64,000 bases of DNA from an uncultured Sulfuricurvum sp. (GTDB lineage Bacteria > Campylobacterota > Campylobacteria > Campylobacterales > Sulfurimonadaceae): positions 1,281-65,280 of the forward strand of contig CAZKJU010000002.1 in the NCBI GenBank assembly GCA_964553185.1. Reading direction: 5' to 3'. A program made the translations under genes and the position numbers. Below are positions 27,494 to 39,100 of the stretch, piece after piece (the stretch's first letter is position 1; every line of letters starts with the position of its first letter). Below the pieces are notes generated by a model. That model was not told where the DNA came from and searched no databases. It saw nothing but the letters and a program-made list of their open reading frames with translations.

Positions 27494-28741
27494 TCATCTA
27501 GCGACTTCATCATGCGAAAGATACGAACCCGGAGACATAGCGTGGTTGTAGCAGATTTCCAGGTTTTGTTCGAGTAAATTTGCTACGTTAGGATCCAGTT
27601 TATTTTCCGCAACCATGGCAGAGATAATCTCAAATGCTTTTTCGGCACTCATGCCATCGCGGTAGGGGCGATTTTGAACCAATGCTTGAAAGATATCTGC
27701 AACGGTAAGAATACGTGCTTCAATTGGGATTTTATCCGCACTCAGATGATAAGGATATCCTTTTGCATCGAGTGTTTCATGGTGCATCGAAGCTATTTTG
27801 GCAATCTCTTGGAATCCTTTGATTTTACGGAGAATCATATGAGAATCAAACCCGTGACGGTTCATGTGTGATCGCTCTTCGTCTGTTAGAGCACCTTGTT
27901 TATGGAGAATTTCATCGGCAATACGTAATTTTCCCAAATCATGAAAAAATGCCGCAAGCTCGATTTTCTCCTGCACCTCTTCAGAGAGAGTGGATAAACG
28001 GGCAAGGTAGAGTGCGAGTGATGCAACTCCATAAGTGTGTTCCGTCGTAAAAGGACTCTTGGCATCGACGACACTGGCGAACATCATTGCAATATTTTTG
28101 AGCGTTTCAAAATGGACCGATTCTTCCGCTCCCCCTTCAATCCAATCGCTAAAATAGTCATTTAGAGCTTCGGGTTCGAGATAAAACCAAAAGGAATCGG
28201 AATGAGAGGTTTGTAAATAGGCTTTTACCAGTTCAGGTGAGAACATTTCACCTGCGTATTTTTCAATAACGGAAGCTATTTCTTGGCGTTGTTGAAGCGA
28301 GGAATCACCGATTTGGACCCTTAGTGCATCGACACGGTCTGTGAGATAGATGAGATTAGCGTTCTCTTTTAATTCTTCATCCGTTAGCTGGTTTAACTGA
28401 CTCCAATGCGTGTGATGATATAAAATGACAGGGGCATATTGGTGATAAATATGGACTTTCTCAAGTAATGAAGCCCCCCGAATGCAGTGCACCTGAGAGT
28501 TGTCCCAGTCGAGTTCAGTGACCAGATGATTATGGACATCGGTTGAAGAGACACCGCAATCGTGGAGCATTCCCAACATGATGATGTTGTTGATACGGGT
28601 TTGGTCCCATCCCAAATACTTAGCAACCTCTGCTGACATAAAAGCGACCCGTTTTCCATGCATCGTATCGTCGATTCCGACATAATCGAGCGCCTCGGAG
28701 AGAGCGTATGAGACTTCACGCAGATTGAGAGGGTAAATCAT
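27494..28741 (-). CDS. Tandem HD / HD-GYP phosphodiesterase
   Basis: HGKRVA...LHDCG in domain 1; FHDLGK, HHETLDAKGYP and RPYR in domain 2. Confidence 0.9.
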   Translation of the reverse strand: MIYPLNLREVSYALSEALDYVGIDDTMHGKRVAFMSAEVAKYLGWDQTRINNIIMLGMLHDCGVSSTDVHNHLVTELDWDNSQVHCIRGASLLEKVHIYHQYAPVILYHHTHWSQLNQLTDEELKENANLIYLTDRVDALRVQIGDSSLQQRQEIASVIEKYAGEMFSPELVKAYLQTSHSDSFWFYLEPEALNDYFSDWIEGGAEESVHFETLKNIAMMFASVVDAKSPFTTEHTYGVASLALYLARLSTLSEEVQEKIELAAFFHDLGKLRIADEILHKQGALTDEERSHMNRHGFDSHMILRKIKGFQEIAKIASMHHETLDAKGYPYHLSADKIPIEARILTVADIFQALVQNRPYRDGMSAEKAFEIISAMVAENKLDPNVANLLEQNLEICYNHAMSPGSYLSHDEVAR

Positions 28742-28902
28742 TAATCACTTCTTTTTTTTATTCATTTAAGTGTACCGTATTCGTGATGAAATAGAGAGGG
28801 GTGACATAAAAAAGTTCATATGAGAATAAATGGACAAAAAAGAGATACCGACGTTAATATTTTAAGCTTATACTAGCACTATCTAAACTGTGGAGAATCA
28901 TC

Positions 28903-29157
28903 ATGTTAAAAGAGTTACTGTACACGGGAATGGGCGGAGCTTTGCTTTTGAAAGAAAAAGTAGAAGAGGAGCTTAAAAAGCTTGAAGATAAAGGGAAACT
29001 CAACACGTCAGATACTAAAAGCTTTCTGGAGAGCCTCAAAACCAAAGGGGAAGACGAAGAGAAGCGTCTCAAAGAGGAACTTAAAGCTACGATTCGCGAA
29101 GTGATCGAAGAGCTTGGAATCGCGACAAAAAAGGATATCGAAGCGCTAAAATCGTGA
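28903..29157 (+). CDS. Phasin-like small protein
   Basis: LLYTGMG, L..KG, LGIATKKDIEAL pattern; overlaps the ABC1 kinase start. Confidence 0.7.
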   Translation: MLKELLYTGMGGALLLKEKVEEELKKLEDKGKLNTSDTKSFLESLKTKGEDEEKRLKEELKATIREVIEELGIATKKDIEALKS

Positions 29158-30686
29158 GTTGGCTCTATTCACCTCTGCGCCTTTGGAGCGTTTTTCGGTT
29201 ACTATTGTCCTTTTATCTCCTCATTAAAAAGCGGGAGAGTTTTTTAGGGATTTCGCCACTATCTCCCGATCACCTTGCATTGACGATTACCCAATTGGGG
29301 GCGAGCTTTATTAAACTCGCACAGGTGTTGGCGACCCGAAACGATTTTTTCGATGAGTCGTATCTGGGTGCTCTAAAAACCTTGCACGATGATTTGCCTC
29401 CCATGAGTCTGAGTGCGTATGATCGGGTAGTTTCTAAGGCATTTCCAACCCTCCCGTTTTTCCATTTTAATCCCACCCCTATCGCCTCGGCTTCGATCGG
29501 GCAGGTTCATGAAGCGTGGATTGATGAGTCAACAAAAGTTGCGGTCAAACTGCGCCGTGAGGGGATAGAGAGACGGGTGCGTGCCGATATACGGATACTG
29601 ACCCTATTTAACGGCCTTTTTCGCCCTTTGTTTTCCCATACGACCCGTCACTCGATCGAGTCGGTGATCTCTGAATTTTCTTCAATGATTGTCCAAGAGT
29701 GCAGTCTCAACCATGAACGGAGCAATCTGGAGAAATTTTCCCATATGTATAAAGATTCAGGGATCATTTTCCCTAAATGCTACCCCTCTCTCAGCAGTGA
29801 TGATGCGTTGGTGATGAGTTTTGAAGAGGGGTGGCGATTTGATGATCGTGAGGCAATTATCTCCAACCATATTGATATTCACCCCATTATAGATCAGTTG
29901 GTCCGTTTTTACACCGATCAAATGCTGGTAAAAGGGTATTTTCACGCCGATCCTCATCCGGGGAATCTTCTCGTCAACTCTGAGGGGAAACTGGTATTGC
30001 TCGATTTTGGGATGGTGAAACGGGTTCCAAACGATACCCGTATCGCCATCATCGAGCTGATTAAAGCGGCAAACGAGCGTGATTTTGAAGCGTATGTATC
30101 TGCGGCAAAACGGTTGGGTACAGTGGCGTACGATGCACCCGGAGCTGAATTAGCCGAGTTTACGGAGCGGATGTTTGATATTTTCGGCAATGATGCACTC
30201 GATAGCGGCAGTATGCAGAAATTGGCGTTCGAGGTGCTGGAACAGACCCGAAATCTCCCCTTTAAACTTCCCCAAGAGGCGATTTATATCCTCCGAGTGA
30301 GTGCGATCATCGAAGGGTTGGGGACGACCTATATCGAAAATTTTAACGGGATAAAAGATATTCTCCCGATTTTACAGAATAATATACCCAAAGCACTAGG
30401 GATGAAAGATTCAATCCTAGAGACGCTCATCGATGAGATCAAACGTATTCCCGCTGATATAGCGGCGTTTCGTCATATGATCGAACGTGCCAGTAAAGGG
30501 GAATTGAATGTACAGCTCTCAGAATTACAGTATGGGATGATGAAAAAAGAGTTGCGCGAAGCGACGGCCCCGCTTTATAGCGCATTGATTCTTGCATTGG
30601 GAGCGATGGGGGCCTGGATGGGAGGGTTTGAAGAGATTGCGTATATGCTCCTCGGCGGAGCGATTATGAGGCTGTGGTTCCGTTAA
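29154..30686 (+). CDS. ABC1/UbiB (AarF) family atypical kinase
   Basis: IKLAQ, IASASIGQVH, VAVK, FHADPHPGN, LLDFG; C-terminal TMs. Confidence 0.93.
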   Translation: MSWLYSPLRLWSVFRLLLSFYLLIKKRESFLGISPLSPDHLALTITQLGASFIKLAQVLATRNDFFDESYLGALKTLHDDLPPMSLSAYDRVVSKAFPTLPFFHFNPTPIASASIGQVHEAWIDESTKVAVKLRREGIERRVRADIRILTLFNGLFRPLFSHTTRHSIESVISEFSSMIVQECSLNHERSNLEKFSHMYKDSGIIFPKCYPSLSSDDALVMSFEEGWRFDDREAIISNHIDIHPIIDQLVRFYTDQMLVKGYFHADPHPGNLLVNSEGKLVLLDFGMVKRVPNDTRIAIIELIKAANERDFEAYVSAAKRLGTVAYDAPGAELAEFTERMFDIFGNDALDSGSMQKLAFEVLEQTRNLPFKLPQEAIYILRVSAIIEGLGTTYIENFNGIKDILPILQNNIPKALGMKDSILETLIDEIKRIPADIAAFRHMIERASKGELNVQLSELQYGMMKKELREATAPLYSALILALGAMGAWMGGFEEIAYMLLGGAIMRLWFR

Positions 30687-30687
30687 G

Positions 30688-33177
30688 TCATTCTCGCGCA
30701 GTTGATGTGATAAATGCTTTTAATTCTTCAAGTGTTAAAGGTTTTGCGTAATAGTAGCCTTGTATTTCATCACATCCCTCATGTTGTAAAAATTCTAGCT
30801 GCTCTGCAGTCTCTACCCCTTCTGCAGTGATAGAGAGGTTAAAGGTTTTTGCTAATGCGATAATCGCGCGGGTTATCGCAACACCTTCTGAAGAATGGGG
30901 GAGATCATCTACAAACGATTTGTCGATTTTGAGGCGGTCAACCGGGAGTTTTTTCAAATAACTAAGGGATGAATACCCTGTTCCGAAATCATCAATAGCT
31001 ATTTTTATATTCATATTTCTGAGTTTTGCAAGGGTTGAGAGGGCATGCTGGGCATTGGTCGCAAGATAGCTCTCTGTGATCTCGATTTCAAGCCATTGAG
31101 GGTCGAATTTAGTCTTTTCGACTACGGTATTGAGGAGATCAAAAAAATCCGCTTCTTCGAGCTGGATGGCTGAGACATTGACGGCAATGTAGGGTAATAT
31201 AAATCCTTGTGAACGCAGTTGCATGAAATCAGCACTTGTTTGTTGCAAAACCCATGACCCAATCGGAATAATTAGCCCGGTCTCTTCCGCTAATTGGATA
31301 AAACGATCGGGAGCCATCCACCCAAGAACACTGCTATTCCACCGTATCAATGCTTCAACGGCTGCTATTTTTCCGCTTTGAGCTGAAATTTTAGGCTGAT
31401 AGAGGAGGGTGAATTCATCTCCTGCTTCTATTGCATTTTTGAGTGCATGCAATATTTGGCTGCGATTTTCGACGATATGCCCAAGCTCTTTTGTGAAAAA
31501 ACTATAGCGATTTCGACCGGTATCTTTGGAGCGATACATGGCTAAATCAGCATTTTTGATAAGATCGGATATCGATTCACCATCCTCAGGAAAAACAGAA
31601 ACACCAATACTCGAAGAGATTCTGATTTCATGCTCACTACAGTGGAACGGGAGATGAAACGAATCAATAATTTTAGTTAAAATAGGCTCCAAATCGCTAT
31701 GCCGCTCAAATCCCTCGATTAGGATATTAAACTCATCTCCCCCGATTCTGGCTAATGTATCGGATTCTCGAAGCGTTTTGCGAAGACGTTGTGCAACCTC
31801 TTGGAGGAGTATGTCTCCGATATTGTGTCCGAGTGTATCATTGATCTGTTTAAACTGATCGAGATCCAAAAAAATGACTGCCAGGTGCTTTTTAGCTCGC
31901 AAAACTTTTGAAATACCATGCTGCAAGAGAGCATTGAAGAGCCTGCGGTTCGGGAGATTGGTAAGAGGATCGGTATTGGAAAGGTTTTCGAGTTCTTTTT
32001 GTGATTTCAATAAAGAACGCTCACGCTCTTGGAGGGTAAACGCCAGCTGATTAACATTTTTGGATATGGTCTCCAGTTCATCACCTGTACGGATTATTTT
32101 ATACTCGGAATAATCTTGATTTTCGATATTTTCAATCTGTTTCATCAGGGATTGGAGAGGTTGTGCAACGGTTTTTCTAAACAAAATACGGAGTAAAAAG
32201 AGTGTGAGAAGCGTTAATGACAAAATCAATATGAAAAAGGTTACGCGGTTTTCTAAAAGAGTCGCTTCGAGTTCCGAAGCATCGAGTGATGCATAAAAAA
32301 CAACCTCTTCATTGACCGTTTTGACAGTGGCTGAACTGATAAAACGATTTTTTTCTTCTGTGAGCTCGAATTGACCTTTCTCCAACGGGTGAAGCGTTGT
32401 CATATTTTTAGGTTTTACAGTACTCCAAATATCTATTCTCATATCATTTGAAAGCGCCTGAAAATAAGATTGAGTGATATGCTTGGACATTTCGATATGG
32501 GCAACCAGCTGTTTTTTATTTTGTGTAAAAAGGCTTTTATGCGCTTTGAGAATGAGATTGTCTTGAATGCGATGATGTGTGACGATACTGTTGTATCCAA
32601 GATCCTTTTGTGTGTAATAGGAGATATGTTTATAGCTTAAAAGCCAGTGGGGCTTGAATGGTCTTTCTACGTAATCATATTCATCTTCATAGCGACTGTA
32701 AAAAAGAGGTTTTCCCTCTTTATAAGAGACATAGGTGAGATAATAGCCTTTGGGCGTTTTGCTGACATAGGAGATGAGTTCTCCATGAAAATCATAGAGT
32801 GCTATATCGTTGTTTTGAGAGAGTTTTACATGAGCGAGCAGTTCTTCGGCGATATGTTTTTTCTCTTCATCCAGCAAGACAACATCGTAGTTCATTTTGT
32901 CTTGATAGCTATTAATGAGTTCAACCGAAGCCAAAAGCATCTCATCATCTTGGATAAAGGTTATCCCTTTTTTGAGATCGATCGCAACTTGATTTAAATC
33001 GATTTGGATACGAGAAAATGCGTATTCTATTTTCTCTTGAGCGGTATTAACAAAATTTTTTCGCAAAAAATAGTCGAAATATATTCCCGTAATGAGCGAT
33101 AATACAAGAGTTGAAAAGACTAGAATAACTGACAGTTTCGTTTTGAGATTAAAAGTGTGGTAAAAAGTTTGAAACAT
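30688..33177 (-). CDS. Membrane sensor (large periplasmic domain, HAMP) GGDEF-EAL protein
   Basis: Two TMs, GDELETI HAMP, RIGGDEF, EALIR, DDFGTGYSS. Confidence 0.93.
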   Translation of the reverse strand: MFQTFYHTFNLKTKLSVILVFSTLVLSLITGIYFDYFLRKNFVNTAQEKIEYAFSRIQIDLNQVAIDLKKGITFIQDDEMLLASVELINSYQDKMNYDVVLLDEEKKHIAEELLAHVKLSQNNDIALYDFHGELISYVSKTPKGYYLTYVSYKEGKPLFYSRYEDEYDYVERPFKPHWLLSYKHISYYTQKDLGYNSIVTHHRIQDNLILKAHKSLFTQNKKQLVAHIEMSKHITQSYFQALSNDMRIDIWSTVKPKNMTTLHPLEKGQFELTEEKNRFISSATVKTVNEEVVFYASLDASELEATLLENRVTFFILILSLTLLTLFLLRILFRKTVAQPLQSLMKQIENIENQDYSEYKIIRTGDELETISKNVNQLAFTLQERERSLLKSQKELENLSNTDPLTNLPNRRLFNALLQHGISKVLRAKKHLAVIFLDLDQFKQINDTLGHNIGDILLQEVAQRLRKTLRESDTLARIGGDEFNILIEGFERHSDLEPILTKIIDSFHLPFHCSEHEIRISSSIGVSVFPEDGESISDLIKNADLAMYRSKDTGRNRYSFFTKELGHIVENRSQILHALKNAIEAGDEFTLLYQPKISAQSGKIAAVEALIRWNSSVLGWMAPDRFIQLAEETGLIIPIGSWVLQQTSADFMQLRSQGFILPYIAVNVSAIQLEEADFFDLLNTVVEKTKFDPQWLEIEITESYLATNAQHALSTLAKLRNMNIKIAIDDFGTGYSSLSYLKKLPVDRLKIDKSFVDDLPHSSEGVAITRAIIALAKTFNLSITAEGVETAEQLEFLQHEGCDEIQGYYYAKPLTLEELKAFITSTARE

Positions 33178-34098
33178 TTAAAAGATCGGCCTTACACTTT
33201 CGACATTTTCTTTTGTAACCAGTTTAACAGGGATTACGATATGTTTTGGAACCTTTTCACCCTTGAGAATCTTGATTGCGATCTGGGCACTTTTCTCTCC
33301 TCCCAGAGGGAATAAAACCGAACCGGTTTGTTTTCCGGTACGAATAGCGTCACGTGCTTCAGAGGTATAATCACACCCGATTGTGATGAGGGTAGAGGGA
33401 TCTATTCCATGACGTTCCATCGCCGAACGTGCTCCGCTTACCATACTATCGCTTTCGGCAAAAATGGCATCAATTTTTTCACCTGATGCAATCACTTTTT
33501 CCATTTCAATGATTGCATCCTTTCGGAGATAATTGCCGGTTCGTTTGATGACGGAAATTCCTTTGTGTTTGGCAATTTCATCCATAAAACCCTTTGTGCG
33601 CAGTTTGGTCACATCTGCTTTTAAAAGCCCTTCAAACAAAAGTACTTTCCCTTTCCCTCCGAGACGTTTGGCAATATATTCCGCCCCTATTTTCCCGATT
33701 TTAATATTATCGGAATTGATAAATGTCGTGTAGCCGTTTCCCGCAATCCCCCGATCTAAAACAATGACGGGTATACCGCTATTGTATGCTTTCGCAACAA
33801 CGGGAACAACCGCTTTTTCATCATTGGTCCCTACAATGATTACATCGGCTTTAGAGGTGATGAAGTCGTCGATATGATGGATCAGCAAAGAGGTTTGACC
33901 TTTTGCATCGGATGAGATAAATTTTAGTTCAGAATTGTTAGAGAGAGCATCTCGAACCTCATAAACCTGTGCTTTTCGAAAATCGTTACTCATTGTATCT
34001 TGGGCAAATGCAATCGTTTTTGTCTCTGCATATGCATTTAACGTCAGACAGAGACTCATCGCTGTAAAAAGTATGAATTTGTAATTATGGTTAAGCAT
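33178..34098 (-). CDS. Periplasmic sugar-binding protein (RbsB/Peripla_BP_4 family)
   Basis: Signal peptide; SGIPVIVLDR, SDNIKIG, RTKGF, IDAIFAESD, LVTKENV. Confidence 0.9.
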   Translation of the reverse strand: MLNHNYKFILFTAMSLCLTLNAYAETKTIAFAQDTMSNDFRKAQVYEVRDALSNNSELKFISSDAKGQTSLLIHHIDDFITSKADVIIVGTNDEKAVVPVVAKAYNSGIPVIVLDRGIAGNGYTTFINSDNIKIGKIGAEYIAKRLGGKGKVLLFEGLLKADVTKLRTKGFMDEIAKHKGISVIKRTGNYLRKDAIIEMEKVIASGEKIDAIFAESDSMVSGARSAMERHGIDPSTLITIGCDYTSEARDAIRTGKQTGSVLFPLGGEKSAQIAIKILKGEKVPKHIVIPVKLVTKENVESVRPIF

Positions 34099-34134
34099 TA
34101 TTTACTCCTGCATTCATCTCTAATTGTACCATGT

Positions 34135-35373
34135 TTACCACCAATACTCGACTTGAACTCCGAGATTGTCTCCGTGTGTTTGATCTGCGTAATAGTCGCC
34201 GCCTATTAGCCCTTTGGCATTATCGGACCACTCAGCATGGGTGTAGTACAAGCGCAGTACCGGTCGTTTCCATATCCCTTTGTCGAGGGCTGCTTCGAGC
34301 GCAAGGGTTGTTTTTCTCAGCTGGTAGATAGTGTCATTGGTTTTATCATCTATATAATCGATTCCTAACTCGGCAACCAATCGGGCATTTTGGTGAAAAA
34401 ACCAGTACGGACGTACTCCGGCGGAGAGCCACGTTTGTTTGGTCGCTGAAAACGCTTCTTCATCACGAGTTTCGTAAACGAAATTACTCATCACTCCCCA
34501 TCTATCATTGGCAAAATCGTTATAGTTGATAAATCGCCATGTTTGTGCTTCATCGATAGCTTTCCCCGTTTGGATGATGGTTTCGACAAAAGTGTCTTGA
34601 TAGTAAGGTGAGATGCTTCCGGCACCTTTGGCAACCCCTTCTCCATAAAATAAGCCGGTTATGTTTTCACCCGCCATTCCAAAAAGTTCTTGGGTGATTT
34701 TTTTATCTTTGTAGAGGGCTCCGAGGGCATATCCTCTGGATGTATCGGTATGTACCGCAGAGGAGTGAAGAGTCATAGCATTGGCGAAGAATGTCCACTC
34801 TCCTCTCAACGTCGGAGCGGATAACCGAATATCATGACTGTCAAAAAGAACCGTATCATTACCGCTGAGTGTGGATGGATCAACATGATCAAAAAGGTAG
34901 CTGTACGAGAGTTTGAGATCCCCTAAATCGAGGTTGCGAAATCCTGCACCCGTTCCGCTCATATTTAAAAAAAAGTAATCGGTTATATGACTGTCATACC
35001 GATCATAAAAGCGTCTCCCTGCCCAAAAAGAAACACTGTTATCGAAAATACCGGAGAGTTCGGTATAGGCTTCATCGAGTCTGAGATACTCAATGTCACG
35101 GTTATTGGGACCGGTAAAGACAGGGCGGATTTGATTGTGCATTGTGATGCCGTTGTCGAACGTGATCGTATCGTAAAATCCAAGTTCTATCCATGTTTCA
35201 CATTCGTTGCCAAGACGGTATTTGCTCCCTGCACCTGGGGCCTTAAAACACATGTTAGCTTTATCGCCATCCAAAGAGGTTTGCATCCGTCCATATCCGA
35301 CACTGCCGAATCGGTTATCTACTCCCCATCCACTTGCATAAAGAATCATTAGAACAAGAAAGATATTTTTCAT
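34135..35373 (-). CDS. lamB: Maltoporin (LamB-family) carbohydrate porin
   Basis: KYRLGNECETW, FWAGRRFY, RPVLRLY, C-terminal GVQVEYWW. Confidence 0.9.
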   Translation of the reverse strand: MKNIFLVLMILYASGWGVDNRFGSVGYGRMQTSLDGDKANMCFKAPGAGSKYRLGNECETWIELGFYDTITFDNGITMHNQIRPVFTGPNNRDIEYLRLDEAYTELSGIFDNSVSFWAGRRFYDRYDSHITDYFFLNMSGTGAGFRNLDLGDLKLSYSYLFDHVDPSTLSGNDTVLFDSHDIRLSAPTLRGEWTFFANAMTLHSSAVHTDTSRGYALGALYKDKKITQELFGMAGENITGLFYGEGVAKGAGSISPYYQDTFVETIIQTGKAIDEAQTWRFINYNDFANDRWGVMSNFVYETRDEEAFSATKQTWLSAGVRPYWFFHQNARLVAELGIDYIDDKTNDTIYQLRKTTLALEAALDKGIWKRPVLRLYYTHAEWSDNAKGLIGGDYYADQTHGDNLGVQVEYWW

Positions 35374-35539
35374 AGACTACTCTTTGTTGGAATGTGTAAC
35401 TATAGTTCAATAGTAGTACCCAAAAACTAAAAAAGAGCTTCGCGGAGCGATGATGAGGTTGTCGTTTATATAATCGATTTTTCTAAAAATACGTTAAAAT
35501 CAACATGTATATATATGAGAGTGAAAAAGGAAACGATCA

Positions 35540-35980
35540 GTGGCAACCGGATTAGAGTGGAGTGAAGAATATCGCCTCGGGATACGGGAGATTGACGATC
35601 AGCATCAACGTCTTTTTGAGATTGTGGCTCGTATAGCGGCATTAGATGCCTCAAGATCGACAAAAGAAGAGTTACGACAGATTTTAGGTGAGCTGAGCAG
35701 CTATATGGGTGAACATTTTAGGGATGAAGAGCTGTATATGAAGCGTATTGCTTTTCCAGAGTTTGAATACCATCAAAAACTGCACGCTGAGATTATCGAA
35801 TTTGTGAACAGTTCGGTCACACATTCTCCTACGATTGCGATGATCCAAACAAAGCTCAAATTTATTATCAAAAAAGCGTTGATTGATCATATTATTACTG
35901 AAGATATGAAGATAAAACTCTACGCTGCTACACTCCAAAATGTGGACGATGATGATGAGTGTGTTGTAGAGTTGACATAA
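35540..35980 (+). CDS. Single-domain bacteriohemerythrin
   Basis: W...Y..G...ID.QH, HFRDEE, HQKLH and HI..ED di-iron ligands. Confidence 0.92.
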   Translation: MATGLEWSEEYRLGIREIDDQHQRLFEIVARIAALDASRSTKEELRQILGELSSYMGEHFRDEELYMKRIAFPEFEYHQKLHAEIIEFVNSSVTHSPTIAMIQTKLKFIIKKALIDHIITEDMKIKLYAATLQNVDDDDECVVELT

Positions 35981-36113
35981 ATATAAAAGAAATATGACTG
36001 GTAGGGAACTTTTAGTATTAAGATAGTTGCCGATCCATAAGAAACTCCAAAGGATCAAAGCAGTATTCTTTTAACGAATAAGAACAGTAACATTTTTTGA
36101 CAAAGCGAATAAA

Positions 36114-39100
36114 TTGAAAGTAAAAAAAAGCTTATTATGGCAATCATACGATCGTACAATGATTCAACCTAAACCGTTGATGCGCCGTTTGATGTTTCCT
36201 TTGGCATTGCTTATTATTCTTTCGTCGATTGGTGTCGGTATTTTTCTCTATCAGCAGCATCGTCATTATCTTCACGACACTTTTAAACGATCCATCTCCG
36301 AACTTAATCATGACAAAGAGAGATTGTTGGCAGAACAGACATCTGCCCTCTCTCTGAGTATCAAAACAATCAGTAATGACCCTGATGTCCAAAAAGCGTT
36401 GCGAAACAAAGATTCGAACACACTGCTGCAGCAATGGCAGGAAGTTTTCCAAAAAATGAAAGAGGAAAACAAAGTTACCCATTTTTATTTTATGGATACT
36501 GCGCGTGTCTGTTTGCTGCGAGTGCACAATCCTCCTAAAAAAGGGGATACGATTAACCGTTTTACCGCTCTTGAAGCAGAATGGACCCGAAAAACATCAT
36601 CAGGAATAGAAGTGGGCCCGATGGGGATGCTTACCCTTCGAGTAGTACAACCGATTATTGTCGACAACGAACTGATTGGTTACATCGAAATGGGCAAAGA
36701 GATCGAAGACGTATTGCATCAGCTCCATTTTCAATCGGATGTCGAATTGTTTTTAGTGCTCAACAAAGATATTTTAGAACGTTCTGCATGGGAAGAGGGG
36801 ATGAGGCTTCTTGACCGTGAGCCTGATTGGAATTTACTCAAAAACCAAGCTTTAATTTATGCAACCGATCAAAAAATTCCTTATGCAATAGCCGATAAAA
36901 TGAATTATTGGTTAGTATCCGAACATATCCATGATAACCCTGATACCGAGGTTTATGTAGAGGGGAGTACCTTTCGGATTGCGATGACACCTCTCAAAGA
37001 TGTTTCAGGTAAAGCGGTAGGAGATATTTTTATCCTTCATAATGTTACCAATGAGAATGTAGAGTTTTTTGATTCTGTATCGATTGGTGTTGTGACTGCT
37101 CTGGGCTTGATCGGGATGCTGCTAGGATTTACCTACTTTTTGCTTCGAAAAACAGATGAGGGAATTGAAAATCAACAGCGTTATTTGCACGAAAGCCAAC
37201 AGCGCTTGGAACAGCTTGCCCGTCATAGCCGAACGATTGCTTGGGAGGTGAATGAAGAGGGTGTCTATACCTATATCAGCGATATTGTTTATGAAGTATT
37301 GGGATACAGTGCTGATGAGCTTATAGGAACCTATTTTTATGATTTGCATCCTATTAATGGACGGGAAGAATTTAAACAAAATGCGTTTGAGGTATTTAAA
37401 CGCAAAATGAGTTTCAGCAATTTGAAAAATCGTGTTGTAAGTAAAGAGGGTAAAACCATTTGGGTTATGACAAACGGCATTCCGCTCCTTTCATCGGATG
37501 GAAGGCTGCTCGGATATCGGGGAAATGATACCGATATTACGGAATGGCAAAAAGCTGAAGATGCTATTATCGAGTCTCGAAACCTTTTGGACAACATCAT
37601 TGATACCATTCCGATTCGGGTATTTTGGAAAAATAGATCGTTGCGTTATTTGGGATGCAATACCCTTTTTGCACACGATGCCGGGTTACAAAGCCCTTCT
37701 GAATTGATTGGAAAAGATGATTATCAAATGGGATGGTCTGAGCAAGCTGATTTGTATCGTGCTGATGATCGTGCCATCATCTCATCGGGCGAGTCCAAAC
37801 TCTTTTACGAAGAAGAGCAAACAACTCCAAATGGGGAAAAAATTTGGCTCAGCACCTCTAAAATTCCTTTGAAAAACAACAACGGAGAAATATTCGGTGT
37901 TTTGGGAATTTATGAAGACATTACCCAGCGTAAAGTGTTTGAAAAAATATTGCGTCAAAATACTGAAATGTTGAATGAAGCACAGCATTTTGCTCGAATG
38001 GGGAGCTGGTCTTTAGACTTGAGAGAGAATACGCTTATGTGGTCAAATGAAGTGTATCGAATTTTTGAGGTAGATTCTGAAAAATTTGATGCAAACTATG
38101 AGACCTTTTTGAATCGGATCCATCCAGAAGACCGTGACCTGGTAAACAGTGCCTACATGACCTCTCTCTCTGCACGTCAGCCTTATGAAGTGACCCATCG
38201 ATTGCTGATGGAAGATGGGCGGATCAAATGGGTTCATGAGAGCGGTATGAGCGAATTTGATTCCGATGGAAAACCGCTTCGCTCGATGGGAACGGTGCAA
38301 GATATTACGGAACGAAAATTTGCCGAAGAGGAGATCAATAGGCTTGCATTTTTCGACTCTTTGACTCAGTTGCCAAATCGGACTCTCTTAATTGACCGAC
38401 TCAATCAAGCACTAGTAGTGAGTGTACGCGATAAGCAATTCGGTGCATTGCTGTTTATTGATTTGGATAACTTTAAAACTCTTAACGATACATTAGGGCA
38501 CGCTATGGGAGATATGCTCCTTCAGCAATCGAGCAGACGATTGCTAAGCTGTATCCGTGAGGGAGAGAGTGTCGCCCGTTTGGGGGGAGATGAATTCGTT
38601 GTGCTGCTCACAGGACTGGGGAGCGAAGAGAAAAATGCCGCGGCATTGTGTGAAGCGATAGGGAAAAATATTTTGTCTCTTTTAAATGAGCCGTATGAAC
38701 TCGATGGAATACCGTATCAATCAACCGCCAGTATGGGGATCACCCTCTTTAACTCAGATAGCGTGAGTGAAGATGAACTGATGAAACAAGCCGATTTGGC
38801 TATGTACAAATCCAAAGAGATTGGGCGAAATTCACTTAGTTTTTTTGATCCGAAAATGGAAAGTTCTCTCAAAGAGAGGGCATCGCTTGAAGAGGAGATT
38901 CGCAAAGGGATCGAGGAAGAGCAGTTTCTTCTTTATTATCAGCCGCAAGTACTCCAAGACGGTACGACGTATGGGGCAGAGGTATTGGTTCGATGGAATC
39001 ACCCTCAGCGAGGGGTTGTCTCGCCTGCCGAGTTTATCCCGATCGCCGAAGAGACTGGCTTGATTTTGCCACTTGGGCAATGGATTTTAAAAACGGCCAT

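Noticed and set aside
33175-33180. In-frame TAA-ATG junction suggesting an SBP-sensor fusion by readthrough
   Set aside because: TAA is a strong stop, and a fusion would invert the membrane topology of the two-TM sensor.
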